This document shows, one piece after another, positions 15,001 through 27,732 of a stretch of 64,000 nt of DNA. The stretch lies in the NCBI GenBank assembly GCA_046563655.1, contig CM102283.1:4588001-4652000 (forward strand), in the 5' to 3' direction. The notes below the pieces were generated by a model. It was not told the DNA's origin. It was given only the letters and a program-made list of their open reading frames with translations, and did not search any database. The stretch comes from Yuukianura sp. NJ FZ-2021 (lineage: Eukaryota). The stretch's first letter is position 1; every line of letters starts with the position of its first letter. Position numbers and translations under genes: made by a program.

Positions 15001-18000
15001 AGTTGAAATTAGATATGCTTTGGAACAGCTATTTTATTAAAACCCGCTTGCATTTGGACAAAGAGTAAAGCGGATTTTTTTTTCAAAATTTCTGAGTGCG
15101 ACCACTAGATTCTAAGGCTATACAGACACATCTAAGTCCATTCTAACGGTATTGTACAATGGTGTTTGATATGCCGCCTTCTATTTTAGGAATAGTTTCG
15201 CTTGTGTTTTAAGTTGAAATTAGATATGCTTTGGAACAGCTATTTTATTAAAACCCGCTTGCATTTGGACAAAAAGTAAAGCGGATTTTTTTCCAAAATT
15301 TCTGAGTGCGACCACTAGATTCTAAGGCTATACAGACACAGCTAAGTCCATTCTAACGGTATTGTACAATGGTGTTTGATATGCCGCCTTCAATTTTAGG
15401 AATAGTTTCGCTTGTGTTTTAAGTTGAAATTAGATATGCTTTGGAACAGCTATTTTATTAAAACCCGCTTGCATTTGGACAAAGAGTAAAGCGGATTTTT
15501 TCAAAATTTCTGAGTGCGACCACTAGATTCTAAGGCTATACAGACACATCTAATTCCATTCTAACGGTATTGTACAATGGTGTTTGATATGCCGCCTTCT
15601 ATTTTAGGAATAGTTTCGCTTGTGTTTTAAGTTGAAATTAAATATGCTTTGGAACAGCTATTTTATTAAAACCCGCTTGCATTTGGACAAAGAGTAAAGC
15701 GGATTTTTTTCAAAATTTCTGAGTGCGACCACTAAATTCTAAGGCTATACAGACACATCTAAGTCCATTCTAACGGTATTGTACAATGGTGTTTGATATG
15801 CCGCCTTCTATTTTAGGAATAGTTTCGCTTGTGTTTTAAGTTGAAATTAGATATGCTGTGGAACAGCTATTTTATTAAAACCCGCTTGCATTTGGACAAA
15901 GAGTAAAGCGGATTTTTTTCAAAATTTCTGAGTGCGACCACTAAATTCTAAGGCTATACAGACACATCTAAGTCCATTCTAACGGTATTGTACAATGGTG
16001 TTTGATATGCCGCCTTCTATTTTAGGAATAGTTTCGCTTGTGTTTTAAGTTGAAATTAGATATGCTTTGGAACAGCTATTTTATTAAAACCCGCTTGCAT
16101 TTGGACAAAGAGTAAAGCGGATTTTTTTCCAAAATTTCTGAGTGCGACCACTAAATTCTAAGGCTATACAGACACATCTCATTCCATTCTAACGGTATTG
16201 TACAATGGTGTTTGATATGCCGCCTTCTATTTTAGGAATAGTTTCGCTTGTGTTTTAAGTTGAAATTAAATATGCTTTGGAACAGCTATTTTATTAAAAC
16301 CCGCTTGGATTTGGACAATGAGTAAAGCGGATTTTTTTTTCAAAATTTCTGAGTGCGACCACTAAATTCTAAGGCTATACAGACACATCTAAGTCCATTC
16401 TAACGGTATTGTACAATGGTGTTTGATATGCCGCCTTCTATTTTAGGAATAGTTTCGCTTGTGTTTTAAGTTGAAATTAGATATGCTTTGGAACAGCTAT
16501 TTTATTAAAACCCGCTTGCATTTGGACAAAGAGTAAAGCGGATTTTTTTCCAAAATTTCTGAGTGCGACCACTAGATTCTAAGGCTATACAGACACAGCT
16601 AAGTCCATTCTAACGGTATTGTACAATGGTGTTTGATATGCCGCCTTCTATTTTAGGAATAGTTTCGCTTGTGTTTTAAGTTGAAATTAGATATGCTTTG
16701 GAACAGCTATTTTATTAAAACCCGCTTGCATTTGGACAAAGAGTAAAGCGGATTTTTTTTTCAAAATTTCTGAGTGCGACCACTAGATTCTAAGGCTATA
16801 CAGACACATCTAAGTCCATTCTAACGGTATTGTACAATGGTGTTTGATATGCCGCCTTCTATTTTAGGAATAGTTTCGCTTGTGTTTTAAGTTGAAATTA
16901 GATATGCTTTGGAACAGCTATTTTATTAAAACCCGCTTGCATTTGGACAAAAAGTAAAGCGGATTTTTTTCCAAAATTTCTGAGTGCGACCACTAGATTC
17001 TAAGGCTATACAGACACAGCTAAGTCCATTCTAACGGTATTGTACAATGGTGTTTGATATGCCGCCTTCTATTTTAGGAATAGTTTCGCTTGTGTTTTAA
17101 GTTGAAATTAGATATGCTTTGGAACAGCTATTTTATTAAAACCCGCTTGCATTTGGACAAAGAGTAAAGCGGATTTTTTTTACAAAATTTCTGAGTGCGA
17201 CCACTAGATTCTAAGGCTATACAGACACATCTAATTCCATTCTAACGGTATTGTACAATGGTGTTTGATATGCCGCCTTCTATTTTAGGAATAGTTTCGC
17301 TTGTGTTTTAAGTTGAAATTAAATATGCTTTGGAACAGCTATTTTATTAAAACCCGCTTGCATTTGGACAAAGAGTAAAGCGGATTTTTTTCAAAATTTC
17401 TGAGTGCGACCACTAAATTCTAAGGCTATACAGACACATCTAAGTCCATTCTAACGGTATTGTACAATGGTGTTTGATATGCCGCCTTCTATTTTAGGAA
17501 TAGTTTCGCTTGTGTTTTAAGTTGAAATTAGATATGCTGTGGAACAGCTATTTTATTAAAACCCGCTTGCATTTGGACAAAGAGTAAAGCGGATTTTTTT
17601 CAAAATTTCTGAGTGCGACCACTAAATTCTAAGGCTATACAGACACATCTAAGTCCATTCTAACGGTATTGTACAATGGTGTTTGATATGCCGCCTTCTA
17701 TTTTAGGAATAGTTTCGCTTGTGTTTTAAGTTGAAATTAGATATGCTTTGGAACAGCTATTTTATTAAAACCCGCTTGCATTTGGACAAAGAGTAAAGCG
17801 GATTTTTTTTTCAAAATTTCTGAGTGCGACCACTAAATTCTAAGGCTATACAGACACATCTAAGTCCATTCTAACGGTATTGTACAATGGTGTTTGATAT
17901 GCCGCCTTCTATTTTAGGAATAGTTTCGCTTGTGTTTTAAGTTGAAATTAGATATGCTTTGGAACAGCTATTTTATTAAAACCCGCTTGCATTTGGACAA

Positions 18001-21000
18001 AGAGTAAAGCGGATTTTTTTTTCAAAATTTCTGAGTGCGACCACTAGATTCTAAGGCTATACAGACACATCTAAGTCCATTCTAACGGTATTGTACAATG
18101 GTGTTTGATATGCCGCCTTCTATTTTAGGAATAGTTTCGCTTGTGTTTTAAGTTGAAATTAGATATGCTTTGGAACAGCTATTTTATTAAAACCCGCTTG
18201 CATTTGGACAAAAAGTAAAGCGGATTTTTTTCCAAAATTTCTGAGTGCGACCACTAGATTCTAAGGCTATACAGACACAGCTAAGTCCATTCTAACGGTA
18301 TTGTACAATGGTGTTTGATATGCCGCCTTCTATTTTAGGAATAGTTTCGCTTGTGTTTTAAGTTGAAATTAGATATGCTTTGGAACAGCTATTTTATTAA
18401 AACCCGCTTGCATTTGGACAAAGAGTAAAGCGGATTTTTTTTTCAAAATTTCTGAGTGCGACCACTAGATTCTAAGGCTATACAGACACATCTAATTCCA
18501 TTCTAACGGTATTGTACAATGGTGTTTGATATGCCGCCTTCTATTTTAGGAATAGTTTCGCTTGTGTTTTAAGTTGAAATTAAATATGCTTTGGAACAGC
18601 TATTTTATTAAAACCCGCTTGCATTTGGACAAAGAGTAAAGCGGATTTTTTTTCAAAATTTCTGAGTGCGACCACTAAATTCTAAGGCTATACAGACACA
18701 TCTAAGTCCATTCTAACGGTATTGTACAATGGTGTTTGATATGCCGCCTTCTATTTTAGGAATAGTTTCGCTTGTGTTTTAAGTTGAAATTAGATATGCT
18801 GTGGAACAGCTATTTTATTAAAACCCGCTTGCATTTGGACAAAGAGTAAAGCGGATTTTTTTCAAAATTTCTGAGTGCGACCACTAAATTCTAAGGCTAT
18901 ACAGACACATCTAAGTCCATTCTAACGGTATTGTACAATGGTGTTTGATATGCCGCCTTCTATTTTAGGAATAGTTTCGCTTGTGTTTTAAGTTGAAATT
19001 AGATATGCTTTGGAACAGCTATTTTATTAAAACCCGCTTGCATTTGGACAAAGAGTAAAGCGGATTTTTTTCCAAAATTTCTGAGTGCGACAACTAAATT
19101 CTAAGGCTATACAGACACATCTCATTCCATTCTAACGGTATTGTACAATGGTGTTTGATATGCCGCCTTCTATTTTAGGAATAGTTTCGCTTGTGTTTTA
19201 AGTTGAAATTAAATATGCTTTGGAACAGCTATTTTATTAAAACCCGCTTGCATTTGGACAATGAGTAAAGCGGATTTTTTTTTCAAAATTTCTGAGTGCG
19301 ACCACTAAATTCTAAGGCTATACAGACACATCTAAGTCCATTCTAACGGTATTGTACAATGGTGTTTGATATGCCGCCTTCTATTTTAGGAATAGTTTCG
19401 CTTGTGTTTTAAGTTGAAATTAGATATGCTTTGGAACAGCTATTTTATTAAAACCCGCTTGCATTTGGACAAAGAGTAAAGCGGATTTTTTTCCAAAATT
19501 TCTGAGTGCGACCACTAGATTCTAAGGCTATACAGACACAGCTAAGTCCATTCTAACGGTATTGTACAATGGTGTTTGATATGCCGCCTTCTATTTTAGG
19601 AATAGTTTCGCTTGTGTTTTAAGTTGAAATTAGATATGCTTTGGAACAGCTATTTTATTAAAACCCGCTTGCATTTGGACAAAGAGTAAAGCGGATTTTT
19701 TTTTCAAAATTTCTGAGTGCGACCACTAGATTCTAAGGCTATACAGACACATCTAAGTCCATTCTAACGGTATTGTACAATGGTGTTTGATATGCCGCCT
19801 TCTATTTTAGGAATAGTTTCGCTTGTGTTTTAAGTTGAAATTAGATATGCTTTGGAACAGCTATTTTATTAAAACCCGCTTGCATTTGGACAAAAAGTAA
19901 AGCGGATTTTTTTCCAAAATTTCTGAGTGCGACCACTAGATTCTAAGGCTATACAGACACAGCTAAGTCCATTCTAACGGTATTGTACAATGGTGTTTGA
20001 TATGCCGCCTTCTATTTTAGGAATAGTTTCGCTTGTGTTTTAAGTTGAAATTAGATATGCTTTGGAACAGCTATTTTATTAAAACCCGCTTGCATTTGGA
20101 CAAAGAGTAAAGCGGATTTTTTTTTCAAAATTTCTGAGTGCGACCACTAGATTCTAAGGCTATACAGACACATCTAATTCCATTCTAACGGTATTGTACA
20201 ATGGTGTTTGATATGCCGCCTTCTATTTTAGGAATAGTTTCGCTTGTGTTTTAAGTTGAAATTAAATATGCTTTGGAACAGCTATTTTATTAAAACCCGC
20301 TTGCATTTGGACAAAGAGTAAAGCGGATTTTTTCAAAATTTCTGAGTGCGACCACTAAATTCTAAGGCTATACAGACACATCTAAGTCCATTCTAACGGT
20401 ATTGTACAATGGTGTTTGATATGCCGCCTTCTATTTTAGGAATAGTTTCGCTTGTGTTTTAAGTTGAAATTAGATATGCTGTGGAACAGCTATTTTATTA
20501 AAACCCGCTTGCATTTGGACAAAGAGTAAAGCGGATTTTTTTTCAAAATTTCTGAGTGCGACCACTAAATTCTAAGGCTATACAGACACATCTAAGTCCA
20601 TTCTAACGGTATTGTACAATGGTGTTTGATATGCCGCCTTCTATTTTAGGAATAGTTTCGCTTGTGTTTTAAGTTGAAATTAGATATGCTTTGGAACAGC
20701 TATTTTATTAAAACCCGCTTGCATTTGGACAAAGAGTAAAGCGGATTTTTTTCCAAAATTTCTGAGTGCGACCACTAAATTCTAAGGCTATACAGACACA
20801 TCTCATTCCATTCTAACGGTATTGTACAATGGTGTTTGATATGCCGCCTTCTATTTTAGGAATAGTTTCGCTTGTGTTTTAAGTTGAAATTAAATATGCT
20901 TTGGAACAGCTATTTTATTAAAACCCGCTTGCATTTGGACAATGAGTAAAGCGGATTTTTTTTTCAAAATTTCTGAGTGCGACCACTAAATTCTAAGGCT

Positions 21001-22060
21001 ATACAGACACATCTCATTCCATTCTAAAGCTATTATACAATGGTGTTTGATATGCCGCTTTTTAGTTTAGGAACAGTTTCGCTTGTGTTTTAAGTTGAAA
21101 TTAGATATGCTTTGGAACAGCTGTTTTATTAAAACCCGCTTGCATTTGGACAAAAAGTAAAGCGGATTTTTTTTTCAAAATTTCTGAGTGCGACCACTAA
21201 ATTCTAAGGCTATACAGACACATCTAAGTCCATTCTAACGGTATTGTACAATGGTGTTTGATATGCCGCCTTCTATTTTAAGAATAGTTTCGCTTGTGTT
21301 TTAAGTTGAAATTAGATATGCTTTGGAACAGCTATTTTATTAAAACCCGCTTGCATTTGGACAAAGAGTAAAGCGGATTTTTTTCCAAAATTTCTGAGTG
21401 CGACCACTAGATTCTAAGGCTATACAGACACAGCTAAGTCCATTCTAACGGTATTGTACAATGGTGTTTGATATGCCGCCTTCTATTTTAGGAATAGTTT
21501 CGCTTGTGTTTTAAGTTGAAATTAGATATGCTTTGGAACAGCTATTTTATTAAAACCCGCTTGCATTTGGACAAAGAGTAAAGCGGATTTTTTTTTCAAA
21601 ATTTCTGAGTGCGACCACTAGATTCTAAGGCTATACAGACACATCTAAGTCCATTCTAACGGTATTGTACAATGGTGTTTGATATGCCGCCTTCTATTTT
21701 AGGAATAGTTTCGCTTGTGTTTTAAGTTGAAATTAGATATGCTTTGGAACAGCTATTTTATTAAAACCCGCTTGCATTTGTACAAAAAGTAAAGCGGATT
21801 TTTTTTCCAAAATTTCTGAGTGCGACCACTAGATTCTAAGGCTATACAGACACAGCTAAGTCCATTCTAACGGTATTGTACAATGGTGTTTGATATGCCG
21901 CCTTCTATTTTAGGAATAGTTTCGCTTGTGTTTTAAGTTGAAATTAGATATGCTTTGCAACAGCTATTTTATTAAAACCCGCTTGCATTTGGACAACGAG
22001 TAAAGCGGATTTTTTTTTCAAAATTTCTGAGTGCGACCACTAAATACTAAGGCTATACAG
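1..22060. repeat. 210-bp tandem satellite array, left block (~105 monomers)
   Basis: The unit AAGTCCATTCTAACGGTATTGTACAATGG...GGCTATACAGACACAGCT recurs at 1, 211 and onward. Length varies by about 1-3 bp, mostly in the T-run after GCGGA. No ORFs. Confidence 0.99.
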
Positions 22061-22155
22061 AGTAGAGGGGTCGGTAGGAATTTTACCTCATTTAATTTTA
22101 GCTCAGCCGCGGGGGCTAGTCGGGCGCAATATTGGGGAGGGGAAAAACCTAAAAA
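22061..22155 (+). repeat. Left terminal inverted repeat (TIR) of the Polinton (~95 bp, imperfect)
   Basis: Reverse complement of ~41166-41260 with a few mismatches; contains GCTCAGCCGCGGGGGCTAGTCGGGCGCAATATTGGGGAGGGG. Confidence 0.93.
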
Positions 22156-22503
22156 TATTCTCAGCCCATAGAAATCCCCCCTCCCCAATAAATTATAAAA
22201 TACAAAATGTTAACAAGAAAATAGTCGACGAAAAATGTCGACAATGAAAAAGTCAATTACTTAATTTTAATTTCAATAAGATAATAAATTAAAAACAAAA
22301 TGTATGAAAAACATAGTTATTATTTAGATTAAGTTAATTGAGATGATTTTGTATAATAAAAAGACCAAACAAAAATAATAAGTTTTTCTTGAAAAATATG
22401 AACGTATGATCAGTTAACTTAATACGTTGCGCGCGATATTGGAGGAGGATGAAAAACCACATGGATTCTTATTGCTATGATGAACTGAATGTGACTGCGA
22501 TAC

Positions 22504-22735
22504 ATAGTTTTAGACGTGGACAGTCTCCCCCTCCTTTTTGAGAGTATTTTGAGATTGGAATTTCCAACACCCGAGGCTATTTGACAAAGCAGAACGAAAC
22601 TATGCAAAGTTTTCACACACAGTTTTAGACGTGCACCGTCTCCCCCTCTTTTTTGAGAGTATTTTGAGATTGGAATTTCCAACACCCGAGGCGATTTGAC
22701 AAAACAGAACGAAAATATGCAGAGTTTTTACACGC
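22504..22735 (+). repeat. Tandem duplication of a ~115-bp unit upstream of pPolB
   Basis: AGTTTTAGACGTG...GAGAGTATTTTGAGATTGGAATTTCCAACACCCGAGGC occurs at ~22506 and ~22621 with scattered substitutions. Confidence 0.9.
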
Positions 22736-22855
22736 GCAATCTTTAACATATACATATGAAATGTTCTTCAAACAAGGGACTCAGTTCAAACTTGCACTTC
22801 CTCCAACGCAGTCAAATTTTCAACTTAATACAAGTTTCAAATTTCCAAATTCAAA

Positions 22856-25800
22856 ATGTCAAAGCGTTCAGCATCTCCAGTGGCTGGTTCCTCAAAGCAA
22901 ATTTGTGTGAGGAACCATGAGTGCCCGATCTGTGGCGTAAAGTTCTACAAGAAAAAAGACTTGGCAGCACATGTTAGCTGTCATGACAAAGACTTTCGTC
23001 AGTTACCCTGTGGCAAAATGGCGGATATCGAGTGTCCAGTGTGCTTTGCTGTATTCTTCACTCAAGAGGAGTTAGATAATCACTTCATGGAGCGTCACGA
23101 TCAAGATTTCCAGGAACCTACATCTCTTCCACTGAATCATGAAATCCTTCAAGTGTATCGTGAACTTTTGTGTCCCCCTTGTGGACTATCGTTTAACTGT
23201 CGAGACAAGCTCCAAGAACATTTTCACAATGTGCATCCAGACTTTTACAGTGTACAAACTGGAGGAATACAGCCGTCGGTTATGGAACAAATTTTGGTGA
23301 AACCTGTTCTTACTTCGCTTAATATATGCACAAAGCACTTGGCGGAGTTTGACAAATTCCAGTGCGGTAGCGGATTCGATGAACGTGACTTTTTCAGCAG
23401 TGTCCAGGAATCATCGTTTGATAACATTGAAGGCGATCTAAAAAAGTGGAAGAATGTGAGAGTTTTCTTTTCCATGAAATGTCGTTTCACAAAGGCGCAT
23501 GCAGATGGCAGCGTTGAAACAAAGGACGCCGGGTTTACTTCTTACCGCCATCTTGTTTTCACCCCGGGGTGATTACCTCGTGTCTGGTCAATCATGTGTC
23601 ATGAAATGTCAGATCAGATTGAAGACTTTACTCATGAAGGCAGTGGATGGGATCTGGATTCCATATCAGAATTCAGGTTCGTAACGGCCAAGTATCAGTT
23701 TACTAAAGTGGGATCTTATATTGAGACACCATTTCCCCTCTCGGAGCATGCAAAATCGCTGCTGAATATCGACAATAGCGAAATCTCAATCACGAATTCA
23801 CATAACCTGTGCTTCCTCTGGTCTATCCTCGCTCATGAGTCGATCGCTGGAGTACCCTCAAGCAACAAAAACCGCCACAGAATTGATAAGCTAGTGAAAA
23901 CATACGCTCCGCATGCTCACAAGGTCAACACAACAGGACTTCACTTTCCAATGACTCTGGAACAATTGCCAAAATTTGAAGCGCTCAATCCTAACATTTC
24001 CGTGACTGTGCTTGGTTATGACATGGACGTACCGTCAGCTCCAGAGAGAAGAGAAGGAAAGAAATCAAGGAAGGAAAACTTGGAACTTTTTCACTACATT
24101 CAAAACAACATCTCCGTCCTGTACAATTCGAAGCTAACCAAGGATATCCATGTTGATTTAATGTGCCTAATGAAAGGTAACAATGCACATTTTATTTAAA
24201 TTTGTAACCTCGAGGCCTTAATGAGGACCCCCAACATCCACACCACAATGCACATTTGTCGAAACTGTCTCTCAAACTTTAAAACGTCAAGAACGCTGGA
24301 GGAACATATACCGTTTTGTGCCGCTCTCGGGCTCCAGAAGGTCACGTATCCCAAATCAGAAGAAAACGAACTGTACTTTAACAAGTGGGCTAGAACTCAG
24401 CCAGTACCTTTTCGATTCTACGCTGACTTTGAGGCTTTTCTACCAAAATTTCATGCCTCAGCCGAGCAAGAAGACGAGCGTCGAAAACTTAAAGAACGCG
24501 TTACCGGAATTAAAAGTAAGCCAACAGAAAATCATCGTTGTACGCATACTCACAACCCCTGCGGTTATGCATGGGTTTGTGTTGATTTCGATGGGAAGCG
24601 TCGTCATGGCGAATACTATCACGCCACAGAGGATGATGAAGACATTGCTGCACACTTCATGGAGAGTATTCTTCGTTTCTCCAAAACCCTTGGCGAGGAA
24701 GTGGACGAGTATGAGCGAATTGCTCCTGATATGCTGGAAAGAAACATGACTCCTAGACAGCGAGATGAGAAAAAGACTGCTCGTTTCTGCTGTTTCTGTG
24801 AGAAGCTGTTTGAGAAGAAGGACTGGAAAGTGCGTCATCATTCCCATCTCCCTCCATTCAACTATATCGGCATGGCTCATCAAGACTGCAATCTCCAAGC
24901 GCAAATCAAGAAGGAATTTCCCGTATTCCTCCACAACTTCTCATCCTACGACGTACACTTCTTGATTCAGGCCATGGGAAAGCTTACGGAAGATAAAATC
25001 ATCAGTCACGTTGAAGTGATCCCAAAGAGTAGCGAGAAGTATTTGTGTGTCACCGTATCACCGGAACGTTCGGGCGAAGAAGAAAGCGTAGAGGAGGAGA
25101 TCACACGAGAAAACGTGAGACGACGGGAGAAATACAAGCTCTGTTTTACCGACAGTCTGGGTTTAACATTGAAATCACTGGACAAGCTAGTTGAAGTCAT
25201 GCGCAAAGACCCAAATGCCAAATTTGAAATTACAAGACAGGAGTTTCGGAAAGAAGTTGAAAATGGTGCCAACATTGATCTTCTCTTCAAGAAGGGCGCC
25301 TACCCCTATTCACTGATGACGTCATGTCAAGACTTTGAGATGACAAGTCTACCTCCAAAAGAAGCTTTCTTCAACGATATGACTGAAACCCCAATTCAAG
25401 ACGCTGTTTACAATCATGCAAAGGAGGTTTGGGAAAGTTTCAAAATCAAAAACATGGGCGAGTGGCATGATCTATACGTTCGTCTGGACGTGTCCCTTCT
25501 AGCCGATGTGATGGAAGGTGTTCGGAAGCTGATGATGGACAGTTACGGGCTGGAACTGGGCCATTACTTTTCCCTGCCAATGATGGCGATGGACTGTGTT
25601 CTCAAGAAGTCTGGAGTTGTGTTGGAGCTTATTACGGACCCGACGATGCACTGCTGGATTGAGCATGGAATCAGAGGCGGTTATGTCAGCGTTGGCTCCA
25701 GGCAGGAAGCGGTCGCGAATAATCCATATATGGGAGATGAATACGATCCAGACAAACCGATCTATTACATTCTCTACATTGACGCGAATAATTTATATGG

Positions 25801-25966
25801 TAAAGCCATGAGTCTTGCGCTACCCCTTGGACAATTTAAATGGCTCTCAGAAGAAGAAATCCAGAAAATCTCCAGCAATATCGACGAGTTTGTTGCCGAA
25901 ACAGAAAGGAAGAAAGTCATTGGCTATATGCTGGAGGTCGACTTGTTAAAACGAGGTAAATTGTAA
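22856..25966 (+). pseudogene. polB: Protein-primed family B DNA polymerase (pPolB) with N-terminal C2H2 fingers; two in-frame stops and a 3' truncation
   Basis: ORFs 22856, 23594 and 24221 share one frame, separated by TGA (23570-72) and TAA (24197-99). Motifs: EGSGW, CFLWSILAH, YADFE (ExoI), FLHNFSSYDVHFL (ExoII), KGAYPY, DVSLLADV, YIDANNLYGKAM (PolA). Homology ends after YMLEVDL; the KxxxNSxYG and YxDTDS motifs are absent. Confidence 0.93.
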
Positions 25967-26484
25967 GTGGAATTGCAAATGTAACTTATTGTTACACGGA
26001 ATGGCAGAGTGGGCTCTTTGGAGAACTTAAAGCTAAAATTCCTGGCATTCAGTTTGTTCATGGACTACCCGAGAAATGGCACGATGGTACAGATCGATCT
26101 TCGATTATGGTTCTGGACGATTTGATGCATGAAGCTGGAAAGATGGGAGAAGTCGGAGCAGCATTTACGAGAACTTCTCATCACCGAAATGTGTCGCTGA
26201 TTATTCTTGTACAAAACTTTTTCCATAAAAATCTGAGGGAAATTACACTCAATTGCCAGTACTTGGTTCTGATGAAGAATCCACGAGACTCTGCATTTGC
26301 ATCTTGTCTTGGACGGCAAATGAATGGAGGAAAGCAGAACGCAACAATGGATCTGGCATATAAGGAAAGCATGGCGAAACCCTATGGATATCTTTTGATA
26401 GACTTAACTCAATCACAAAAAGACGAATTTCGAATTCGAAGTAGTATTTTCCCCGAAAATTGTTATGTTTATGTCAACGACTAA
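25939..26484 (+). pseudogene. 5'-truncated A32/FtsK-like packaging ATPase of the outer Polinton
   Basis: The frame of ORF 26107 extends upstream as VTYCYTEWQSGLFGELKAKIPGIQFVHGLPEKWHDGTD, then Walker B VLDDLM and SHHRNVS..QN. Walker A is missing. Highly similar to 34147-34962. Confidence 0.88.
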
Positions 26485-26551
26485 ATAAAATTTAAAACAA
26501 AAATTTTGTGCATTTTGAATTGATTTATTCAGAAATTTTTTTAAATGTATT

Positions 26552-26722
26552 TTACAATTCAGTAACTAAAACAGTACGTTGTTTCTTGGTTGAGTCTCGT
26601 CTTGCAGTAGTTGAACAGCACATGCAGCTAATCTTGTTCTCGTCGCAAACGGAAATGGTGGGATCTTCCTTGCTTCCAAACATCTTGGTCAAAAAGTACT
26701 CACAAACTTTGAAAAAACACAT
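26552..26722 (-). CDS. Possible 56-aa Cys-rich small protein
   Basis: Hand translation MCFFKVCEYFLTKMFGSKEDPTISVCDENKISCMCCSTTARRDSTKKQRTVLVTEL*. It fills the gap after the integrase and is followed by a minus-strand AATAAA (~26524-26529). Confidence 0.4.
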   Translation of the reverse strand: MCFFKVCEYFLTKMFGSKEDPTISVCDENKISCMCCSTTARRDSTKKQRTVLVTEL

Positions 26723-26746
26723 GTTTTCTGGCCGAGTTCTGTGGAG

Positions 26747-27667
26747 TTACTGATCCAATTTCAGTAGTTGCTTGTCATAAAAACTACCCAGAATAGGGGT
26801 ACCCTCGAGATCTTCTAACTTGTAAACGTATGGTTTAGTCGCTTTAATCCTTACGATGCGATAAACTTCTTCAATATAGTTTTTCGAGTAGCCCTTTTCA
26901 AAAGTTTTTTTAATTCTGGCAACAAGCACGAGATCGTTTGGTTTGAGTTTTGGCTTTTTATAGTCTTCTGCTACTTCTGGGTACAAGTTTTGGCGTACTT
27001 CATCCTCATTTCTCTCAGTTACTTCACATGGCGCCATCTTGATGCTTCGATGATAAGCATGATTGTACAGATTCTCAAAATCGGACAATTTATCAACAAA
27101 CTTTTTTGTTTTGTAGTGTGTCAAGTAGCGCTGAATTTTCATAAATAGTGTTCGAATGAAACGTTCCACAATGACACATTTTAGTGGAGAATGTGTCCAG
27201 AAGAGTTTGATGTCTTCACGCTTCAAATAAGCTTTCATGTGTCTATTTAAAAATTCTGAACCTTCATCTACTTGTAAACAACTAGGTTTTCCACCACTTC
27301 GCTGTAAAATTTTTTCGAATGCTGCAAGAGTTACTGGCCCCGTCTTGTTTGGGATTGCTTCTATCCAGGCTTGTTTTGAAAAAGCATCAATAACCACCAA
27401 CAAGTACCTCTTTTTATTATTAGCTCCTGACATGCTTTGGATGTCTTTCAAGTCTGCACAGTACTGTTCATGCATCCCTCCAACGTAAACCCGCCGTCGT
27501 GGGAATCTATATCGAACTGGGTGGTGGAGTTGATAGCTTGGAATTTGTTTTAAAATTTTCTTGACACGGTGTAGAGATGCCCTAGTTTTTGAATCTTTTT
27601 GAAACCCAGCAGCTCCAGAGAAGCCTCCAGGCTGTGAGGTGTCCTGCCATCGATGTTTCAGATCCAT
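26747..27667 (-). CDS. int: Retroviral-like (rve) integrase, apparently intact, 306 aa
   Basis: PGGFSG, YCADL (D), LLVVIDAFSK, QVDEGSEF (D), IVERFIRTL (E), YNHAYHRSIKMAP, FEKGY, GSFY. Probable ATG at 27667. Confidence 0.95.
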   Translation of the reverse strand: MDLKHRWQDTSQPGGFSGAAGFQKDSKTRASLHRVKKILKQIPSYQLHHPVRYRFPRRRVYVGGMHEQYCADLKDIQSMSGANNKKRYLLVVIDAFSKQAWIEAIPNKTGPVTLAAFEKILQRSGGKPSCLQVDEGSEFLNRHMKAYLKREDIKLFWTHSPLKCVIVERFIRTLFMKIQRYLTHYKTKKFVDKLSDFENLYNHAYHRSIKMAPCEVTERNEDEVRQNLYPEVAEDYKKPKLKPNDLVLVARIKKTFEKGYSKNYIEEVYRIVRIKATKPYVYKLEDLEGTPILGSFYDKQLLKLDQ

Positions 27668-27673
27668 GATGAA

Positions 27674-27719
27674 AATGATATAAAAGGGCTCTGCACACTT
27701 CAATTTATATCATTCAGTT
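27674..27719. promoter_or_regulatory. Compact divergent Pol II core promoter
   Basis: Plus strand: TATAAAA 27679-85 and TCAGTT 27714-19 before the ATG at 27733. Minus strand: TATAAAT 27709-27703 and TCATT ~27678 before the integrase ATG. Confidence 0.6.
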
Positions 27720-27732
27720 TCTAACAATCAAA

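Noticed and set aside
1-22060. CRISPR array or tandem RNA-gene (5S/tRNA) cluster
   Set aside because: Units are contiguous near-identical 210-mers with no unique spacers, no cas genes, and no recognisable 5S or tRNA sequence.
23245-25811. Alternative-frame and antisense ORFs inside pPolB
   Set aside because: No motifs; they overlap a well-supported gene.
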